From assembly GCA_965221165.1 (NCBI GenBank), contig CBDCRP010000003.1:1792001-1856000 (forward strand): a DNA stretch of 64,000 bases, in the 5' to 3' direction. Under the pieces are notes generated by a model that saw nothing but the letters and a program-made list of their open reading frames with translations, was not told the DNA's origin and did no database searches. Of the stretch, positions 59,400 to 64,000 are shown one piece after another. The DNA is from a bacterium. GTDB lineage: Bacteria; UBA8248. Position 1 is the stretch's first letter. Every line of letters begins with the position of its first letter. Position numbers and translations under genes: made by a program.

Positions 59400-60362
59400 T
59401 CAACCAACCCGAATCTGTTTTTGACGCACTTGCCTTTGGTTTTTCATGATTTGACGGCGCGAAGGCGAACCTTCTTGCGCGCCATGTCTTCTCACGGAAC
59501 ACGATCCTGCGCTGACGGCGAAGCGCACCGCATCCTCGAGCGCCGCGCCTTCTGCGAATCTGGCCGCCAACGCTCCGCAAAAAGCATCGCCCGCACCCGT
59601 CGTATCCACCACCTCGATACCGGCGGGAGGCCTGAGCCAGGAGGCTTTGTTTGCATCCAGGAGAAAAGCACCCTTTTCCCCCGCAGTGATGACGACCCGC
59701 GAAGGCCCCAACGCCCGCAAGGCGCGCGCCGCACCCAGGAACTCCTTATCGGTTTCGGGTGTTTTTTCGAGTTCGGTCAGATGCGCCGCTTCCGTTTCGT
59801 TCGGCGCCAGCACATCGGTCAAACGGAGCAATTCCCGGGGCAACTCCCCCGCCGCCGGTGCCGGATTCAGGATGTTGCAAGCCCCGCGCTTTCTCCCTTT
59901 TCGGAATGCTTCCGTAATCGATGAAACCGGAACCTCGAGCTGCGCCAGAACGACATCACCAAAATCCAAAAGCCCCAGCTTTCTTCTGATTCGGCCGGGA
60001 GTCAGGAACGCATTCGCGCCGGGGGCCACGGCGATTTGGTTTTCCCCTCCTCTTTCCACCACTATCAGTGCCGTTCCCGTGCTCGACTTGCAGCGCAAGA
60101 TGCCATCCGATGATATCCCGCTCTCCACCAGGTAATAGCGATAGGCATCGCCGTCTGAGTCACCACCCAGCATGGTGACGAAACGGACCTCTGTACCGGC
60201 GCGCAAGGCAGCCAGGGCTTGATTCGCCCCTTTTCCGCCCCAATACTCCTGCCGATCTTCTCCCAGGACAGTTTCACCGGGGGAGGGAAGTCTATCCACT
60301 CGAACAACGATGTCGATATTCGAGCTTCCCAACACCAAAACGGTGGCTTTTTTATTCTTCAT
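59400..60362 (-). CDS. rbsK: Ribokinase
   Basis: GSSNID, P.PGETV, GGKGANQA, LNPAPA, PNETE, DTTGAGDAF. Confidence 0.9.
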   Translation of the reverse strand: MKNKKATVLVLGSSNIDIVVRVDRLPSPGETVLGEDRQEYWGGKGANQALAALRAGTEVRFVTMLGGDSDGDAYRYYLVESGISSDGILRCKSSTGTALIVVERGGENQIAVAPGANAFLTPGRIRRKLGLLDFGDVVLAQLEVPVSSITEAFRKGRKRGACNILNPAPAAGELPRELLRLTDVLAPNETEAAHLTELEKTPETDKEFLGAARALRALGPSRVVITAGEKGAFLLDANKASWLRPPAGIEVVDTTGAGDAFCGALAARFAEGAALEDAVRFAVSAGSCSVRRHGAQEGSPSRRQIMKNQRQVRQKQIRVG

Positions 60363-61365
60363 CGTCGTCCCATCCACGATATTTGCGCAGATGCGAGATG
60401 AAAAACGCCAAAAAACCCCTTACATCCAGGTCCAGAGCCACTTCGACCGGGTTTTTGACCCGTATTCCCTTGTTTTCCCTCAAATCCACCAACGTCATCC
60501 CCCGAGCAAGGCCCTTGCTCGTGTCCACATCCACGTGACACCGCCTAGTCTCCACCAAATCCGGCTTTATCGCGACGGCGAGAGCCAGGGGATCGTGCAG
60601 GGTGATGTCATCCACACCTCTTCGTTTTTTGGAGAATCGCGCGTATACCTTTATGATATCTCGAAACGCCGCCCGAAACGGGCCTCCTCCTCCAAATTCA
60701 TCGACGCCAAGGAGCGCGCGCCTCGTAACGTCAAGCCCCACCATGGTGATGGGCAGTCCCGATGAGAACACATCGGCCGCCGCCTGGGGGTCGCAATAGA
60801 TGTTGAACTCAGCCGCCGGCGTCACGTTCCCGGGCATCCGGGCGGCTCCTCCCATCACCACAATCCGCCTCACACGCGACAAGACCTTGGGCGCGCACCT
60901 GAGCGCCAGGGCCAGATTCGTCAGTGGCCCCAGGGTGATGATCGTCAAATCCGAACCCTGTTCTGCGGCCTGCTCGATGATCACGTCGCAGGCCGATTTC
61001 GAACTGCCGCCACCCAGGCGGCGCAAGCGTCCTTTTTTCTGGAACATCACACCCAGGCCTTCCGCCCCGTGAATCATGCGCGATTCGCTTCGGTTTAAGC
61101 GGCTTCCATCCAAGGCCAGTGAGGCCCCCCGGTAAACGGGAACTTCCGGGATGGGAGACGGGAGATGATCCCGCAGAAATGCGGTGAGTCTTCTCGCATT
61201 CCGGTAGGCCAAACGTGCGGAAACATTGCCATGCACGGTCGTCACGGTGATGTACTGAAAAAACGAGGATGCGAAACCCATCGCCAAAGCCAGCGCGTCG
61301 TCCACACCTGGGTCGCAATCCACCAAGGCGTATCGAACAACTGATTCCCTGTTATTTTTCACCAT
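60352..61365 (-). CDS. Inosine/uridine-preferring nucleoside hydrolase
   Basis: DCDPGVDD, HG.EGLG, GPLTNLA, MGG, AEFN..CDP, LHDP. Confidence 0.92.
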   Translation of the reverse strand: MVKNNRESVVRYALVDCDPGVDDALALAMGFASSFFQYITVTTVHGNVSARLAYRNARRLTAFLRDHLPSPIPEVPVYRGASLALDGSRLNRSESRMIHGAEGLGVMFQKKGRLRRLGGGSSKSACDVIIEQAAEQGSDLTIITLGPLTNLALALRCAPKVLSRVRRIVVMGGAARMPGNVTPAAEFNIYCDPQAAADVFSSGLPITMVGLDVTRRALLGVDEFGGGGPFRAAFRDIIKVYARFSKKRRGVDDITLHDPLALAVAIKPDLVETRRCHVDVDTSKGLARGMTLVDLRENKGIRVKNPVEVALDLDVRGFLAFFISHLRKYRGWDDDEE

Positions 61366-61786
61366 CGAATCACGCCTCACTCTCGCTTAAGAAAATATAC
61401 ATCATATCGTATGAACACTCAGGTTAATCCATAAAAATTGTTGCCCTTCATCGAATGATATCACCTGTTTCATCCTTCAGCACTTGATTATTGGAGGAAA
61501 ATCCGGGGAGTCGATTCTACAACTATAAATATATCAACAGGTTAATCTAAATATTTCATTTAGTTTTATTATTTTTATTATTGTCCTTTGCCCTACACAA
61601 TCAATTAACTGGTTAAAATTCAACGTCTTAAAGCGTTTCCATATGACCAAGAATTGACAAAGCATGTATTTTCATATACTTATGTCTAGCTTTTAGAATT
61701 TGCGTTCCATAGAATGATCCTAAAATTACATGATGACTCATTAATCTTTCTTATCTCCTCTTCAAGAGGCTTGCCACAACTTAGAA

Positions 61787-63886
61787 ATGGCCAAATCTGC
61801 TTCATCTTCCACATCAAGAAAGCGAATCATCGCCGCTATCGATATCGGGGGCACATTCACCGACATTGCGATTTACAATCCATCGAACGGAAACACCGCC
61901 GTAGGAAAATATCTCACGACGCCGAACGATCCCTCAATCGGCGCGCTTGCGGGTCTGCGGACTTTACTCGATGAAGAGAATTTGCGTTTTCGTGATCTCG
62001 GGCAAGCGATCCACGCAACCACCCTCGCCACCAACGCGATCATCGAGAAGAAAGGAGCGCCAACGGGCCTGCTCGCAACAAAGGGATTCGCCGACATCCT
62101 ATTGATGGGCCGTGAATCCAGATACGACATTTATGACATCGTGCCTGAATTTCCGGAACCTCTGGTATCCGGGCCTTTTCGCCGCGAATTGACCGAGAGA
62201 ATTTCCGCGACCGGCGAAATTCTCCAGCCGCTGAGCACCCAGGAGGTGAGGGTAACGATTCAGGAACTCGTCGAAAAAGGGGCGAAATCCATAGCGGTTT
62301 GCCTCTTGCACTCCTACATCAATCCGGAGCACGAAGATGAAGTCGGCGAAGCGATAGCGCAATCGTTCCCCGAAGTGAGTTTCAGTCTCTCCTCGCAAGT
62401 TTGTCCGGAAATAAGAGAGTACGAGAGAACATCCACCACAGTAGCCAACGCCTACATCCAGCCCATCGTCTCGAAATATCTCGAAGACCTCGAAGTCAAC
62501 CTCGAAAACGTCTCGCTATATATCATGCTCTCGAACGGCGGCATCGCCACGGCAAAGTCCGCCGGACGCAGCCCCATACGTATGTTCGAATCGGGACCCG
62601 CAGCCGGGGCGCTTTCCTCGGCCTACTACGGAAAGCTCGGTGGATTCGAAAATCTGATCGCCTTCGACATGGGCGGCACCACCGCCAAATCCTGCATCAT
62701 TGAGAATGGCGAACCTCACCTGTCCGTTCAATTCGAGATCGCCCGCGTCAAACGCTTCACCAAAGGCAGCGGAATGCCCATCCAGGTACCGTGCATCGAT
62801 CTTATCGAAGTGGGCGCCGGTGGCGGCAGCATTGCGCGAATCGATGACATGGGGCTGCTGAAGGTCGGCCCCGAGAGCCAGGGGGCGTTCCCCGGACCCG
62901 CTTGTTATGGACTGGGCGGCGAGGAGCCCACGGTAACCGATGCCAACCTGCTTCTCGGCTACATCAACCCAGATTATTTCCTTGGCGGGGAGATGCCCGT
63001 TTTTCCAGAAGCGGCTTCCGAAACCATCCGTACCAAAATCGCCGAGCCAATGAAGATTGAAGAAATTGAGGCGGCCTGGGGCATTCACGAGTTGGTGAAC
63101 GAAACAATGGCCGCCGCCGCGCGTATCAAGCTCTCAGAGCGCGGCAAGGACCCACGCAACTTCACCCTCATGGCTACCGGCGGCGCAGGCCCGGTACATG
63201 CCTTCAGACTTGCGCGCAAAGTGGGTTTGAAGCGCATCGTTTGCCCGCCGGGCGCAGGCTTGGCTTCCAGCCTGGGACTCCACACCGTTCCCTTCAAGGT
63301 GGACACCGTAGACAGCCAGGTGGCGCCACTCGAAAGTGTGAACCTTTCCGAACTGAACGACACGCTCACCCGCCGAGAAAAGCGGATCCGCGAGGTACTC
63401 ATCGACGCAGGAGTAAGAGAGCGCGAAATCAGAATCCAGCGCATGGCCGACATCAGCTTCGAGGGTCAGGGCTTCCCGCTCACCATTCCCATCCCGAGCG
63501 GAAAACTGACGCGCAACCACTTTGGGGAAATCAGAGACACCTACCACGAGCACTACGCCTCCGTCCATGGGCGCGCCATCAAGGAAGTCCCCCTTCAGGT
63601 GTTCAGTTGGCGAATCTTCGGCATGGGGCCGGAACCCAACGTGAACTTTAATTTCTCGAATCTGTTCGAAACGGACGTCAAAAACGCCTTGAAGGGCAAC
63701 CGGCGCATCTACATGCCGGAGAACAAGGGTTTTCGAAAAGTGAATATCTTCGACCGCTATCTGTTGAAGCCAGGCCAGAAGTTCAAGGGTCCCGCGCTCA
63801 TAGAAGAGCGGATGACGACGACCGTCATCGGGCCACGCTCGAACTTTCAGGTCGATAAATTCCAGAACCTGATTATCGAACTCTAG
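61787..63886 (+). CDS. Hydantoinase A/5-oxoprolinase family (ATP-binding subunit)
   Basis: DIGGTFTD, ATTLATN, REYER, SGPAAG, DMGGTT, GAGGGS, GPACY, TVTDA. Confidence 0.92.
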   Translation: MAKSASSSTSRKRIIAAIDIGGTFTDIAIYNPSNGNTAVGKYLTTPNDPSIGALAGLRTLLDEENLRFRDLGQAIHATTLATNAIIEKKGAPTGLLATKGFADILLMGRESRYDIYDIVPEFPEPLVSGPFRRELTERISATGEILQPLSTQEVRVTIQELVEKGAKSIAVCLLHSYINPEHEDEVGEAIAQSFPEVSFSLSSQVCPEIREYERTSTTVANAYIQPIVSKYLEDLEVNLENVSLYIMLSNGGIATAKSAGRSPIRMFESGPAAGALSSAYYGKLGGFENLIAFDMGGTTAKSCIIENGEPHLSVQFEIARVKRFTKGSGMPIQVPCIDLIEVGAGGGSIARIDDMGLLKVGPESQGAFPGPACYGLGGEEPTVTDANLLLGYINPDYFLGGEMPVFPEAASETIRTKIAEPMKIEEIEAAWGIHELVNETMAAAARIKLSERGKDPRNFTLMATGGAGPVHAFRLARKVGLKRIVCPPGAGLASSLGLHTVPFKVDTVDSQVAPLESVNLSELNDTLTRREKRIREVLIDAGVREREIRIQRMADISFEGQGFPLTIPIPSGKLTRNHFGEIRDTYHEHYASVHGRAIKEVPLQVFSWRIFGMGPEPNVNFNFSNLFETDVKNALKGNRRIYMPENKGFRKVNIFDRYLLKPGQKFKGPALIEERMTTTVIGPRSNFQVDKFQNLIIEL

Positions 63887-63899
63887 GAGACATTCAAAC

Positions 63900-64000
63900 A
63901 TGGCCCGCAAGGGTATCGATTCGATTACCTTGGAAGTTCTCTGGAACCGGTTCATCGCCATCGCCGAGGAAGCGGCCACCGAGATCGTGCGTACCGCTTT
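63900..64000 (+). CDS. Hydantoinase B/oxoprolinase family, N-terminus (3'-truncated by window edge)
   Basis: MARKGIDSITLEVLWNRFIAIAEEAATEIVRTA with AGGAG RBS; the D.ITLEV.W.R...I.EE...RT motif of HyuB. Confidence 0.8.
   Translation, partial: MARKGIDSITLEVLWNRFIAIAEEAATEIVRTA

Noticed and set aside
61654-61680. Sigma70 promoter TTGACA...TATACT for the hydantoinase operon
   Set aside because: The spacer is only 15 bp; plausible but not supportable in an AT-rich tract.

Overview
GC-rich bacterial window, probably from an uncultured lineage (taxonomy cannot be fixed from sequence alone). It is dominated by uptake and catabolic genes: Liv-type ABC, TctABC, SsuABC-type ABC, LLM oxidoreductase, ALDH, BVMO, two ThDP enzymes, two DapA-like lyases, three atypical acyl-CoA dehydrogenases, a LigAB-type dioxygenase, cupins and a hydantoinase/oxoprolinase. 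A small housekeeping block (tRNA-Ser(CGA), tadA, hflKC, rbsK, nucleoside hydrolase) lies on the right. Main signals the ORF track misses: (1) two tandem peroxiredoxin-like (AhpC/TSA) paralogs, each with an in-frame TGA at the same H-W-U-P-Y-C redox site and a downstream hairpin, most likely a selenoprotein pair (54385-55569); (2) an intergenic control region between convergent genes with DnaA-box-like and three NrdR-box-like motifs, a consensus sigma70 promoter and a ~300-nt structured, gene-less unit (56810-57310); (3) a REP-like repeat mosaic whose exact 52-bp direct repeats bracket an intact higA and a decapitated higB; (4) an orphan ureF'-ureG-ureD remnant without urease subunits; (5) a decayed island between ~40.5 kb and the 3' end of tRNA-Ser, containing phage methylase/portal fragments and a 121-bp diverged duplication. 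Several isolated 1-nt frameshifts are probably assembly indels.
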